A stretch of DNA of 64,000 bases from an uncultured virus (IMG/VR IMGVR_UViG_3300032069_000001) (taxonomy: Duplodnaviria; Heunggongvirae; Uroviricota; Caudoviricetes). The translations under genes and the position numbers were made by a program. The stretch covers positions 1-64,000 of the IMG/VR virus record IMGVR_UViG_3300032069_000001; one strand, given 5' to 3'. Positions 38,385 to 48,322 of the stretch are shown here, piece after piece. Each line of letters starts with the position of its first letter. Position 1 is the first letter of the stretch. The notes below the pieces were generated by a model. It searched no databases and had not been told where the DNA came from. It saw only the letters and a list, made by a program, of their open reading frames with translations.

Positions 38385-38824
38385 TTAAGCCTTTCGTCAA
38401 TATGTTTTATATTTTTTTTAGCCAATTCAATAGTTTTTTCTTTAACGCCTTTCACAGCCAGACATTGTTCTAATAGTTTTTTAGCGTTTTCATAGTCGGC
38501 TTTAAACAAGTCTTTTGCGTCCCACTTATCCAATGCGTGCTTTTTGATTAGCATATAGCCAGCATTGTTAAGTCCCCACGCTTTTAAATCCATTCTGTTC
38601 AACTGTTCGCCAATACTGGAATATTTCAAATAAAGCTCGGAAGCCTTATCATAATCATAAATCGCACACGCTTGTTCGGCTTCTTTACAGACCTTATTCC
38701 AGTCCGCATACAATTTTGCTTCGGTCGTGGTCAACTCTTTCGGGGCGACGAGTTTATCCTCCGCAAAACTTATCCCGCAGAACAGAAGAACCAAAATCAA
38801 AAACATCTCTACGCACTTTTTCAT
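38381..38824 (-). CDS. Secreted helical (TPR-like) protein
   Basis: Signal peptide MKK..SFA|ED; AWGLNNAGY. Confidence 0.6.
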   Translation of the reverse strand: MKKCVEMFLILVLLFCGISFAEDKLVAPKELTTTEAKLYADWNKVCKEAEQACAIYDYDKASELYLKYSSIGEQLNRMDLKAWGLNNAGYMLIKKHALDKWDAKDLFKADYENAKKLLEQCLAVKGVKEKTIELAKKNIKHIDERLK

Positions 38825-39057
38825 TTCTTTACCTCCTTTTTAACTTCTTTTTTGGCGTCAGCTTTCGCATCTGCCTTTACATCTTTCTTCGCTTCAACTG
38901 CGACCGAGACGGGCTGGAGGGTCAGGGATTTCTTGCACGATTTTATTACAATCCCCGCAACCAGACCGACAACAATCACGATGAGAACCCCGATTAACCA
39001 GGGCTTCATTATCTTCTTTGCCACTTTCTTAACTTCTACCTTCGCTTGTGCTACCAT
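38821..39057 (-). CDS. Small membrane protein
   Basis: One hydrophobic helix; Lys-rich ends; GGAGG RBS. Confidence 0.6.
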   Translation of the reverse strand: MVAQAKVEVKKVAKKIMKPWLIGVLIVIVVGLVAGIVIKSCKKSLTLQPVSVAVEAKKDVKADAKADAKKEVKKEVKK

Positions 39058-39226
39058 ACTTTAAGTCCTCCTTTAATAGAGGGAGCGGGAACATAGGCTA
39101 ACGCCCGCCCAGACCTCCCTTGAGATTTAATATCGGGAATGGAGCAGGGGTTTTTATCTCTCTTTTGTATAAGTAATTATTTACTTAACTGTTTTGCAAG
39201 AAACAACCTTTTCCTGCTCCATCTCG

Positions 39227-39613
39227 TTATTCAATATAAGTTGCTGTTCTCAAGGCGTCAAAAATCGCTTCGGCGGTCTTTGCTTCCAGGACGAACGCTT
39301 TATCGTCCATCTTTTCCGTGCCCGAAGCAACCTGAACGCATTGCTGGTCGCCCACCATCTTTACCTGCTCCCCGAAATCAGGAAGGGTAAATGCAATGGA
39401 TTTTGCAATCAGGACAGCGATAAGAGCCTGGTTGGTTTTATGCAACTGGTCTATCGGGGTATCCCCTACTGCAACTGCTGGAAGAACAACTGGAACTGCG
39501 TTTGCCTCCAGAGCTTCAATACATTGCTTCTGTATTGATTTTGTTTTTGTGAAATCGTCTGCGATTTCATTGCCGAACAATGCTTCGCTTGGTTTCTGTG
39601 GAACTATAGCCAT
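39227..39613 (-). CDS. Hypothetical protein
   Basis: AAGGAGG RBS. Confidence 0.6.
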   Translation of the reverse strand: MAIVPQKPSEALFGNEIADDFTKTKSIQKQCIEALEANAVPVVLPAVAVGDTPIDQLHKTNQALIAVLIAKSIAFTLPDFGEQVKMVGDQQCVQVASGTEKMDDKAFVLEAKTAEAIFDALRTATYIE

Positions 39614-39804
39614 AAAATTTTCCTCCTTTTATTAAATTCGCTCTACGCTTGGGTTAATTTTTTTATTTTCTCTCTCCTCTGCCCTCCTTTTTCTCTCACG
39701 TTTATCTTTCAATGCCTGTAAATGACGCTGGAACCAGTTTTCGCCCTCTGGTTTTACGGGCTTCGGCTCCTCTTTTATTTTTTCCTCCAAAACAAAGGCG
39801 TCGT

Positions 39805-40110
39805 TCAACATATCGCTATCCTCACATATCGTTTATTTTCAAATCTGCACAAAATATGCAACTTTTTGTCCTTAAAGTCGTATAAGTAATCAAGTATCTC
39901 CCCGTGATGCTTGGCTGTGATGATGAATTGGACTTTATCCCAGGGGTCAAGGTCGTCTCCAATATATCTTTCAACAACATAAGAATTAACAAACCTTCCA
40001 ATATTGTCTGCATTTCCCCAATCGTCCTCATCTGTTTCAGATATGTCGCTGTAACGCTCGCCATATTTGGATTTAAAGCTTGCGATAAAGGCTTCTGGTG
40101 TCTTCTGCAT
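39805..40110 (-). CDS. Hypothetical protein
   Basis: ORF track. Confidence 0.4.
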   Translation of the reverse strand: MQKTPEAFIASFKSKYGERYSDISETDEDDWGNADNIGRFVNSYVVERYIGDDLDPWDKVQFIITAKHHGEILDYLYDFKDKKLHILCRFENKRYVRIAIC

Positions 40111-40162
40111 ACGTTATACCCCGAATTATCTCCTACGCCCTCCACAAAAGCTCCTTTTTCCG

Positions 40163-40543
40163 TTAATTTGTTTTAAACGGTTCTTTTTTCTCTCCAAAAT
40201 AGGGTTTTGCATAACCCTTATCAACCAATTCCTTATTCAACCATCTTTCAACGGCTTTTTCGTCCTTAAAATACACGTCTGCAAGGTATCTTCCGAATTT
40301 CTCCTGTTTATCCGACTTCGTAACGACCCTGATACGCTTGTTTAATATGCAATTCTCCACATATTTCTTGGCATTTGTGCCCGCTAACAGCTCCTCATCG
40401 CTCACTTTGCCGTGTATTTCAGGAGTATCTACGCCCAATAAACGCACTCTTTGCTCTATCCCAATGCGAAATCCGAGGTCAATAATCACATCAATCGTAT
40501 CCCCATCTTTTACCGCCTTGACTATTGCCTCGTATTCATACAT
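40163..40543 (-). CDS. Thermonuclease (SNase-like)
   Basis: MYEY..DGDTIDVIIDLGF..RVRLLGVDTPE..KFGRYLA; likely ATG at 40543. Confidence 0.9.
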   Translation of the reverse strand: MYEYEAIVKAVKDGDTIDVIIDLGFRIGIEQRVRLLGVDTPEIHGKVSDEELLAGTNAKKYVENCILNKRIRVVTKSDKQEKFGRYLADVYFKDEKAVERWLNKELVDKGYAKPYFGEKKEPFKTN

Positions 40544-41105
40544 CTTTAGACCCCCTTCTATTCCCCCTCTTAAATTTCTTAACCAACTCGTCCATAGTTT
40601 CGCCCTTTTCGGAGCCAGTTTCAACCGCATCTATTGACAACCCCGACCGCAGAGCAGTCACATCTTGAACCTCATAGTGCCTTGTAACCGCCGTTTTCGG
40701 GTCAACGATGCTGAACTTGTGCCCCTTTTTGAACCGTAGCACCTTGCTATTGTCGGGGAGCTCCGTCAACTCCCGTATCTTGGACGCATCACGAACACCT
40801 ACCATTCCAGCGACTTGCAGAAACTTGGAACACGCCTCATTGTAGCCCTTTGCATACCACTCCAGCTCCACCTTGCGTATATCAGCTCTTGCTTCCTCAA
40901 CCTTCTTCATTGCCCGCAGTTCCCAGTCAGCTGGAACATAATCAACAAGCCAATGCCACAGAGCCCGAGCCCAACGAACGACTAAATTTATCCCTACAGG
41001 ATAACAGACCATTCCATCAAACGTGTCCGCTACATACGCTACCCCGTAGAACCTCGGTCGCCTTCCTCCTTCCACAACCTCTCTCCTCATAAGTAAGAAC
41101 CTCAT
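40536..41105 (-). CDS. Hypothetical protein
   Basis: GGAGG RBS; ORF track. Confidence 0.55.
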   Translation of the reverse strand: MRFLLMRREVVEGGRRPRFYGVAYVADTFDGMVCYPVGINLVVRWARALWHWLVDYVPADWELRAMKKVEEARADIRKVELEWYAKGYNEACSKFLQVAGMVGVRDASKIRELTELPDNSKVLRFKKGHKFSIVDPKTAVTRHYEVQDVTALRSGLSIDAVETGSEKGETMDELVKKFKRGNRRGSKDV

Positions 41106-41294
41106 ACTCTACGCCTCCCCTCCCCTACTACTACCCGACTACTACCTTACTACTCCCGTATTAGTAGAGAACTTTTAACGCTAACTGCCACACCCATAAA
41201 CTACCTTCCGTAAATAGAAAACTTTCAATACCTATAAGCATAATTATAATCAGCCCTTCTGAACTTACATAACCCTTATCACTATCGCATCTTC

Positions 41295-41597
41295 TCATTT
41301 TTCCTCCTTTAAAACACAGGGCAGGATAGTGAGAGATTTGTCTTTGGCAAAGACAGATATAGTAGAATTTTCCTGCTCAAATTGAAGTGGAGCAACTTCA
41401 ACCTTTAACTCCTGCCCTGTTTTGGTAAAACCTGAATAATTCCCGAATGTATAATAAACATTTATAATTCCGCTGATTACATTACCATAACAGTCATAAT
41501 GCTTCCCGCATTTTGGACAGTAATATCCACCTGTATAAGCAATCAATTTTTCCCCACAAGAAAAACAATTTACTATAATCATTTTAAGCCACCTCAA
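41295..41597 (-). CDS. Zn-ribbon hypothetical protein
   Basis: CFSCG..YCPKCG. Confidence 0.45.
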   Translation of the reverse strand: MRWLKMIIVNCFSCGEKLIAYTGGYYCPKCGKHYDCYGNVISGIINVYYTFGNYSGFTKTGQELKVEVAPLQFEQENSTISVFAKDKSLTILPCVLKEEK

Positions 41598-41699
41598 AAC
41601 CTTTATAAAATCTACAGAATAAATGACTGGAAGTGCTGATATTTACTGGGGTTCGGAGAAGCCTCCAGAAATGTAAAAATGAGGCGGATTTCCGATAGT

Positions 41700-42470
41700 C
41701 CCCACCCCCCAACGAGCCGTTCCGCCGTAGTGTTCCGCCCGTTTTACGCAAGCCCCGCCCCGACCAGACCGACCCGAGCCTCTGAAAGCCCTGTTGCTGT
41801 ATGACGTATTGAAGCCCTGCCCTGTTGACCCTTAAGCCCGCCGTATTATAGCAGTAATAAGCCCCATCAATAGCATCAGCCCGAGAAAAGCCCTGATAAA
41901 ATAAGGACTTCTGAACGTCTCCGCCCGCCCGCTGTTGTTTTTCCCCTTGTTTTTCCTTGCTTATTCTTAAGAATTTCTTAAGAATATTAAGAATACTTAA
42001 GCCCCTATATAGCATATTAAGAAGCCAGCACGCCCCGCTTTCACCTGTTGCCCATTGCCCACCGTTGCCCGTTTGCGACGCCCGCCCGCTATTATTAAGA
42101 ATATTAAGAGCACGCCCGCCCCTGTTGCCTGCTATTGTTTGAGCTGTTGCCGTTGCCGTTGTTGTTGCCTGCTGTTGCCTGTAATAAGCCCCGCCCGCTG
42201 TTGCTTGTTTGTTAGTGTTTGATATTCTTATTATTCTTAAGAGCACGCCGACCCCGCCCGCCCCTGCTTTAGACCCGCCCGCCCCGCTTTTAGCTGTTTT
42301 AATATTCTTAAGAAGCTTTAGGACGCCCGCCGTTGCTATTCTTAAGAAGCCCGCCCCTGTATTAAGACCCTTAAGAAGCCCCGCCAAGAGCCAAGAGCTA
42401 CAAGAGCCAAGAGCTAAAAGCTTCCTTGTATTCTTTACCTTGTTATATTTGCCCGCTTGTTTTACTTTCA
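41700..42470. repeat. Low-complexity tract rich in GCCCG and TTCTTAAG(AA) motifs; candidate genome end/pac region
   Basis: Many ttcttaag/ttaagaa and gcccgcc units; caagagcc(t)a tandem at ~42385-42415. Confidence 0.6.
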
Positions 42471-43286
42471 TATTTGCCCCGCTTCTGTATTTGCCCCGCC
42501 GACGTTGCCCGCTTCTATTACATCATCAAGCGACAAGCCCGAGACGTTGCCCGCTTCATTATTGCCCGCCCCGCTTGCGACCGCTTTTTTTTCTTTTTGC
42601 CCGCCGTTGCCGTTGCCCGCTTCTGTATTGCTTGCGACGCTTGCGACCGCTTCAATTATATTTTCATTATTTATACCGAGCACGCCCCGCTTTCGCTTTA
42701 TTGCTTCAATTACTGCTTCTTTTAGATTTTTTTTCAATTCAGCTTTATTCCCTGATTGCATATTATTTATTATTGCAATTAAATTTATTGAACGCCCGCC
42801 CGAGCTTCCGACCCCGCCCGCCCCTGCTTCCGTATCTTTTCTTAATTCTTGTATTCCCTGATAATACTTGCTTAATAATGGAGTAGGTTTAATAAACCTT
42901 AATTCAGCTGTATTATTAAGCTTGTCAAGTAATATCGTTTCAATTTTTTCTAAAATATTCTTTTGACCCGAGACCCTGCGGACTTTATCCGACAAGCCCG
43001 TTGTTAAAATAAATTCATTTACTTTTTTAATAAATTCAGCTTGTTTTTTCCACTTTGCCAGAGTTTGCGGGGCAATATGCAGAGCTTTTGAAATATCAGA
43101 ATTATTGTATTTGTCAAGAGACAAGAGAAAAGCAGATTGAAGCTTTTTAGTATTCCATTTGAAAATTTTTTCCGAGCCAGACGCCGACGCTTCTAAATAA
43201 TTTTGACCTAATTCAAGAGCCGAGTTTATCCCCGCCCCTGTATCAGCGACTACGCCCGCCGTGTTTTCCGTTTTTGGTTTTACCAT
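42468..43286 (-). CDS. Putative terminase small subunit (HTH)
   Basis: NSDISKALHIAPQTLAKWKKQAEF HTH resembling TerS N-termini; first gene of the arm leading to terL. Confidence 0.6.
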   Translation of the reverse strand: MVKPKTENTAGVVADTGAGINSALELGQNYLEASASGSEKIFKWNTKKLQSAFLLSLDKYNNSDISKALHIAPQTLAKWKKQAEFIKKVNEFILTTGLSDKVRRVSGQKNILEKIETILLDKLNNTAELRFIKPTPLLSKYYQGIQELRKDTEAGAGGVGSSGGRSINLIAIINNMQSGNKAELKKNLKEAVIEAIKRKRGVLGINNENIIEAVASVASNTEAGNGNGGQKEKKAVASGAGNNEAGNVSGLSLDDVIEAGNVGGANTEAGQI

Positions 43287-43391
43287 AATAAATAAGCCCG
43301 CCCCTGTTTAAATTATTTTTATTGTTTTGGTTTTTGGTTTTATTATGGTTTTGGTTTTGACCCCGAGACCGTGAAGCCCCGAGCACGCCCC

Positions 43392-43414
43392 GCTTGTCTA
43401 TCCGATAGACAAGC
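43392..43414. promoter_or_regulatory. Perfect inverted repeat just downstream of leftward promoter
   Basis: gcttgtctatc-c-gatagacaagc. Confidence 0.6.
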
Positions 43415-43435
43415 CCGAGCCGTTTAATATGTTTT

Positions 43436-43464
43436 ATTATACAGTATTTAATTGAGCTTGTCAA
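43436..43464 (-). promoter_or_regulatory. Consensus sigma70 promoter (leftward)
   Basis: TTGACA-17nt-TATAAT. Confidence 0.85.
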
Positions 43465-43726
43465 TAGTAAAACGCTTTATTTTATCTTATCTTATAAGAG
43501 ATAATACGCCTGCTACCGTATAGCATTTAAGCAAGCGAAAACCCTTATAGTATATAGCGTTTTAAGCATATTCTTAATAGTTATTATTCTTAATTACTAA
43601 TAACTAATAAGCTATATAAATTAAGACGTTTTAAGCATATTAAGAATAAGCTATATACTATATAGCATATTACATTTTTAGCATATTAAGAAAATAAATT
43701 TATTTTTGAAAAAATACGATTTACTA

Positions 43727-43754
43727 TTGACAATTAGGAAATAAGTGTTATAAT
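43727..43754 (+). promoter_or_regulatory. Consensus sigma70 promoter (rightward, early arm)
   Basis: TTGACA-16nt-TATAAT with TG extension and AT-rich upstream element. Confidence 0.8.
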
Positions 43755-43856
43755 ATATTATGAGAAGGGATAAGAAAAGATGAGAAAAGAAAAAAAAGAA
43801 AATAAAAAAATCAAAGAGCCCGAGAAAATAAAAACAGCGGGCAAAGGAGCGGAAAA

Positions 43857-44948
43857 ATGAAAACGGAAATAAAAGCAGTAGCCGACAAGTTTAAAGAATT
43901 GCAGGACATAAACAAAGTAGCAAAGGCATTGAGCATACATATAAGCAATGCTTACAGACGTTTAGCCCAAGCCCGAGCATTAGGACTGCTTGACGATAAG
44001 AAGCCCGCCGACGCTTCCGAGCTTACCGACAATAACCCTATTACAAGCGAGGACGCCGTTTTTTATCCCGCCGATTTTATCCCGAAAACAGACGACCCCG
44101 ATATTTTAAACTATAAGCCCCGCCCCGAGTATAAAATTATGGTTGACGCTTTAGAGCACGGCGAAAATGTTATGTTGATAGGCGAAGCGGGCACGGGCAA
44201 AACAAGCGGAGTTAAATTTTACGCAAGCCAAGCGAAGCTTCCTTTTTTACATATCTCTTGTGATAATCTTTTAGAGTTTGGCGAGGTTTTAGGTTATCAA
44301 GGATTGAAAAACGGCAATACTCATTTTACGGAAGGGGCATTGATAAAGCTTGCTTGCGAAAATCCTGCAATAGTTTTATTTGATGAAATTACAATGATTG
44401 ACGCAGGCAAAAACGGACGCCTGAACGTGTTTGCAGAAAATAGGAAATTTTTTGTAAAAGAAGCGAACGGCGGGGCAGGGCGATATTACACGCTACACCC
44501 GAAAACAAAAATAGTATTTGCAGGCAACCCGCCGACAGCTTTATATGTAGGGGCGGGCAAGCTTAACATTGCTTTAATATCCCGAACACGTGTAATATGG
44601 ACGCCGACCTTTACGCCCGCCGAATTGAAAAGAATTTTTAACGGCGAGCCGAGAAGCGACGAGGTAATTAAATTTTACACGGAAGCAAAGGAAGCCATTG
44701 AAACGCAAAAATTAAGGACGACATTTTCAATAAGAGACGTTAAAAAAATATTTGACGCCTTAAAGCGAGGTTATAGCATTAAGGACGCCTTAACGACAAG
44801 CTACCTTAACGCCGTGAAAATGACCGCAGGGCAGGAAGTTTATGACAGCTTTTTAAAATTATCTTTAATGATATTTAAGCAAGCAGACGAAAAAAATAAA
44901 ACGCCCGCAGACCCGAACGCAGAAGCGGACAAGGGAGCGACGAAATGA
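43857..44948 (+). CDS. MoxR/CbbQ-type AAA+ ATPase with N-terminal HTH
   Basis: GEAGTGKT, VLFDEI, AGNP..YVG..LNIALISR. Confidence 0.88.
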   Translation: MKTEIKAVADKFKELQDINKVAKALSIHISNAYRRLAQARALGLLDDKKPADASELTDNNPITSEDAVFYPADFIPKTDDPDILNYKPRPEYKIMVDALEHGENVMLIGEAGTGKTSGVKFYASQAKLPFLHISCDNLLEFGEVLGYQGLKNGNTHFTEGALIKLACENPAIVLFDEITMIDAGKNGRLNVFAENRKFFVKEANGGAGRYYTLHPKTKIVFAGNPPTALYVGAGKLNIALISRTRVIWTPTFTPAELKRIFNGEPRSDEVIKFYTEAKEAIETQKLRTTFSIRDVKKIFDALKRGYSIKDALTTSYLNAVKMTAGQEVYDSFLKLSLMIFKQADEKNKTPADPNAEADKGATK

Positions 44949-46744
44949 AAAACAGAGACCTTGAAATTTTAGCCAGAGCATTAAGCAAAAATACTGGTAT
45001 AAATATTTTTTTCAAAGGCGAGGGAGCTTACACGGACGGCAATAATATTTATTTACCCGAGAATATTAACCCCGATATTATTGAGCCCTTACTTGCGACG
45101 CTATTGCACGAAGCATACCACATTAAGCATACGCAGTTTACCATTGAAATACACCCCGAGACATTAAAATTTATTGCTAACGCATTAGAGGATATAAGAA
45201 TTGACGCCCGAGCCATTGGCGATTATAACGGGGCACGTGATTTATACAAAAAACTAATTGACTACTACAGCCGAACATTGCACAGCCCCGAAGCCGTAGC
45301 AAAGGCAGACAAGGGAATTTTAGCCCTTAAGGATTTAATATTGAAAGGTTATGGAGCGGACTTTTACGACGCTTACAAGGCGACACGTCCCGACGTTTTA
45401 GAGCTTCACGCCAAGCACGCCGAGCTTTTTGACTACATCATTAAGAAAGTAAAAGAAGCAAAGAACACGGACGACCTTAAACAATACGCTTTAAAAATAC
45501 ACGACGTAATTTTTGGACATTTAAAAGAGCAAGCGGAAAAAGAAAAGCAGGAAGCTAAAGAACAGGCAAAGCAGGCGAGACAGGGAGCAGGACAAGCAGG
45601 CAAAGACGCCGACGCCAAGCAGGACGCCGTAAACGAGCTTTACGAAAAAGCCGACGACGTTAAAAGGGAGCATAACAAAAAAGCGGGAGCGTATAAGCGA
45701 GCGAAAGACCCCGAGAAGCAAAAAGAGCTTGAAAAGGAAATGAACGAGCTTAAAAAAGATTTTGAACAAAAGAAAAAAGAGCTTGACAAGGCGAACAAAG
45801 AAAGAGACAACGCCCGAGAAAATGCACGCCGAGCCCAAAACAACGCCGACGAAAAAGAAAGGCGAGCCGATAATAATAATCTTGACAGGGAGCTTGATAA
45901 TATTATTGACGAAATAGCGGGAGCGGATATTGAGTATAAGAACGAAAAGGGGCAAAACGTGAAAGCGACGGCGGGCGACCTTGCGGGATACGGTTTAAAC
46001 GGTTTAAATAACGGCGACCTTGTAGCCCCGCCAGACGCTAAATTATGGACGGAAATAAGCTTTAGCGTAAAAGAATTATTTTTACAATTCTTAAAAAATC
46101 ACAAAGCACAGCCCCGAATACATCAGCAGGGAAAAATTAACGCTAAAAGAATACATCAATATTTTGACCTTGACCATTTATTTAAACAATACAAAAAAGA
46201 CGCTATAAAGCCGACCGAGCTAATTTTTGTTTTAGATAATAGCGGGAGTATGAAAGGCAATAATAAAAGAGAAACGACAATAAACGCATTTTTGGAGCTT
46301 CACAAAGCCATTGACGAAGCAATTTACAACGGCGATATAAACGCCGATACGTTTAAATATTCTGTTATGCTTTTTGGACGTGAAGCGGAATATTTTAAAA
46401 CATTTGACGAGGAATTTAACGAAAATAACTTTAGGAAAAATTATACTTGCGAGGAAGGAAGCACGAACATTGAGCCCGCTATAAATTTAATTGAAAAAGA
46501 CGAGCCAGACACGAACACAAAAAGAATTGTTATTATTTTAACCGACGGCGAATTACAATTTGATAATTATGAAAAGCTTTATAAAACTATTGACGACAGC
46601 CCCGCAAAGTATATTTTAATTGGAATAATGCACAGCGGACACGACAGAGACGGCGACCTTGCGAAAAGGTTTGAAAGCTATAATATAAGAGATATTAAAG
46701 AGCTTGACGACGTATTTTTAAAAGCTATTGAGGAAAACATTTAA
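44945..46744 (+). CDS. vWA protein with N-terminal HExxH peptidase-like domain (CobT-like)
   Basis: AYTDG..HEAYH..NALEDIRI; DNSGSM, GSTN, LTDG MIDAS motifs. Confidence 0.88.
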   Translation: MKNRDLEILARALSKNTGINIFFKGEGAYTDGNNIYLPENINPDIIEPLLATLLHEAYHIKHTQFTIEIHPETLKFIANALEDIRIDARAIGDYNGARDLYKKLIDYYSRTLHSPEAVAKADKGILALKDLILKGYGADFYDAYKATRPDVLELHAKHAELFDYIIKKVKEAKNTDDLKQYALKIHDVIFGHLKEQAEKEKQEAKEQAKQARQGAGQAGKDADAKQDAVNELYEKADDVKREHNKKAGAYKRAKDPEKQKELEKEMNELKKDFEQKKKELDKANKERDNARENARRAQNNADEKERRADNNNLDRELDNIIDEIAGADIEYKNEKGQNVKATAGDLAGYGLNGLNNGDLVAPPDAKLWTEISFSVKELFLQFLKNHKAQPRIHQQGKINAKRIHQYFDLDHLFKQYKKDAIKPTELIFVLDNSGSMKGNNKRETTINAFLELHKAIDEAIYNGDINADTFKYSVMLFGREAEYFKTFDEEFNENNFRKNYTCEEGSTNIEPAINLIEKDEPDTNTKRIVIILTDGELQFDNYEKLYKTIDDSPAKYILIGIMHSGHDRDGDLAKRFESYNIRDIKELDDVFLKAIEENI

Positions 46745-46837
46745 CGGACAAAGCGGGGAGCACAGGGCGGGCACGGACGGACACAGCCCCCGCCCAAGCC
46801 CCGCAAAGCCCGCCAGAGCGGGCAAAGGAGCGAAAAA

Positions 46838-47314
46838 ATGAGCAATCTAACAGAGCAAGCCAAAAGATTTACGGAAAAGAAAAGCATTAACGCCTTAATT
46901 GGCGGGAGCTTGACCGTAAAAGAAGCGGACACGGACACCGAGACCGCAAGCAAGCCCGAGACAGCAGGCAAGGGAGCGAGCCGATACTTTAGGTACGCCC
47001 GCAAAGACGAGCCCGCACAGGACACAGCGGAAACCAGCAGAGGCGACGACAGCGAGATAAAAGGCACGGCGAAAAATAAGAATATTAAGAAAAATAAGAA
47101 CGCCGAGCCCGATTTTAGTAATGTTGACCCGATATTTTTTGTTGAGCCGTTTAATAAGTGTTGTTTTTGCGACGAACGAGACCCGAGAAATTTAACAGCA
47201 GTAATAAGCGAACTTGCGAGCTACTGCGATAAACATTGGGAAAGCCGTTATTTAATTAAGCAAGGTTTGCTTTTAACAACGGGCAAGCCCGAGACAAAGG
47301 GAGCGACGAAATGA
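46838..47314 (+). CDS. Hypothetical early protein with C-terminal Zn finger
   Basis: CCFCD..YCDKH; AAGGAGCG RBS. Confidence 0.55.
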   Translation: MSNLTEQAKRFTEKKSINALIGGSLTVKEADTDTETASKPETAGKGASRYFRYARKDEPAQDTAETSRGDDSEIKGTAKNKNIKKNKNAEPDFSNVDPIFFVEPFNKCCFCDERDPRNLTAVISELASYCDKHWESRYLIKQGLLLTTGKPETKGATK

Positions 47315-47496
47315 AAACAGCGACGGCAGGACATAAGCCGAGCATTTACGCCGAGAAGCCAGACGGCGAGCTTTACGGACTTTTGACAAAGTATTTTAAC
47401 GAAGCCCGAGAAAAGCCGAGCCGTGTTTTTTATTACTTAAAGCAATGTTATTTAATAGAGCGGGAATTTAAAGCCCGCAAGGGAGCGAGAAAATGA
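47311..47496 (+). CDS. Small early protein
   Basis: Repeated RBS cassette; ATGA coupling. Confidence 0.55.
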   Translation: MKTATAGHKPSIYAEKPDGELYGLLTKYFNEAREKPSRVFYYLKQCYLIEREFKARKGARK

Positions 47497-47630
47497 CCTT
47501 TTCACTTTTAGCATTACTTACAGCGATTTTAATTGCAATAGGTTTGCTTAAATGCACGGACGCCGAAACCGTAAAAGCCGACGAGCCAAGACACCAAGAG
47601 ACCGACGAAAACCCGTTAAAACGAATTTAA
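47493..47630 (+). CDS. Small membrane/lipoprotein-like peptide (45 aa)
   Basis: Manual translation MTFSLLALLTAILIAIGLLKC...; RBS cassette and ATGA overlap. Confidence 0.45.
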   Translation: MTFSLLALLTAILIAIGLLKCTDAETVKADEPRHQETDENPLKRI

Positions 47631-47671
47631 GAAAGGTTTTTAAGCCGAGAAAACGGCAAAGGAGCGATAAA

Positions 47672-48121
47672 ATGAAAAACGAAGCGAAAGACGAGAAGCT
47701 TAAAAAGTATAACGACCCGCTTGTTTACAGTAGCACAGAATTATTTGAAGCTATTGACACGATACCGATACCGCACCCATATTGCATAACGCCCCGCCAT
47801 ATTGCAACGGCGAGCGATAAGCACAGCGGAATTTTAGACGCCGACGCCATAAGAGACGCCGAGAAAACTAACAAAGCCGTTTGTGATATTTGCAAGCATA
47901 TAAATAAAAAAGACCCGAGTAAACCGATTTTATCTTATGACGAGCACGGGCAAGCTTTACTTTTAGCAGTTAAAAGCGACAAAGAGCTTAAAGACATACC
48001 CGAGTTAAAAGATTATTTGCTTGAAATTAAGCCCTTACTTATTACCGATAATTTTCAGGGCATAGCATTTAAACAGATTAAGCCCGCCGAAGCCGAAGCG
48101 AGCAAGGGAGCGGAAAAATGA
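47672..48121 (+). CDS. Hypothetical early protein
   Basis: RBS cassette before ATG 47672; PHPYCITPRH..CDIC..H putative metal site. Confidence 0.65.
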   Translation: MKNEAKDEKLKKYNDPLVYSSTELFEAIDTIPIPHPYCITPRHIATASDKHSGILDADAIRDAEKTNKAVCDICKHINKKDPSKPILSYDEHGQALLLAVKSDKELKDIPELKDYLLEIKPLLITDNFQGIAFKQIKPAEAEASKGAEK

Positions 48122-48321
48122 AAAAAGATATTTTAGAGCTTAATAAACTGATAGCAGACCTAAAAATTGAGCTTTACCATTTATTATTAGTAAAAGCGGA
48201 AAAAACAAAAAACAATCTTACGAATAACGAAATTGATATTGCTTTTAAATTGGCGGGCGATAAAGATATTCAAAATCTTTTAAAAGCAAAAATGCAAGCC
48301 AAAAAAAAGGGAGCTGATTAA
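48118..48321 (+). CDS. Small early protein
   Basis: RBS cassette. Confidence 0.55.
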   Translation: MKKDILELNKLIADLKIELYHLLLVKAEKTKNNLTNNEIDIAFKLAGDKDIQNLLKAKMQAKKKGAD

Positions 48322-48322
48322 A

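Noticed and set aside
41584-42471. 295-aa ORF as a real protein
   Set aside because: The translation is dictated by DNA repeats (LLRIL, AGG) and crosses the compositional break; the ATGA overlap with terS leaves it possible but unsupported
43857-46744. Cobalamin biosynthesis cobS/cobT auxiliary metabolic genes
   Set aside because: Generic MoxR-vWA pair with no cobN or other B12 genes in the window
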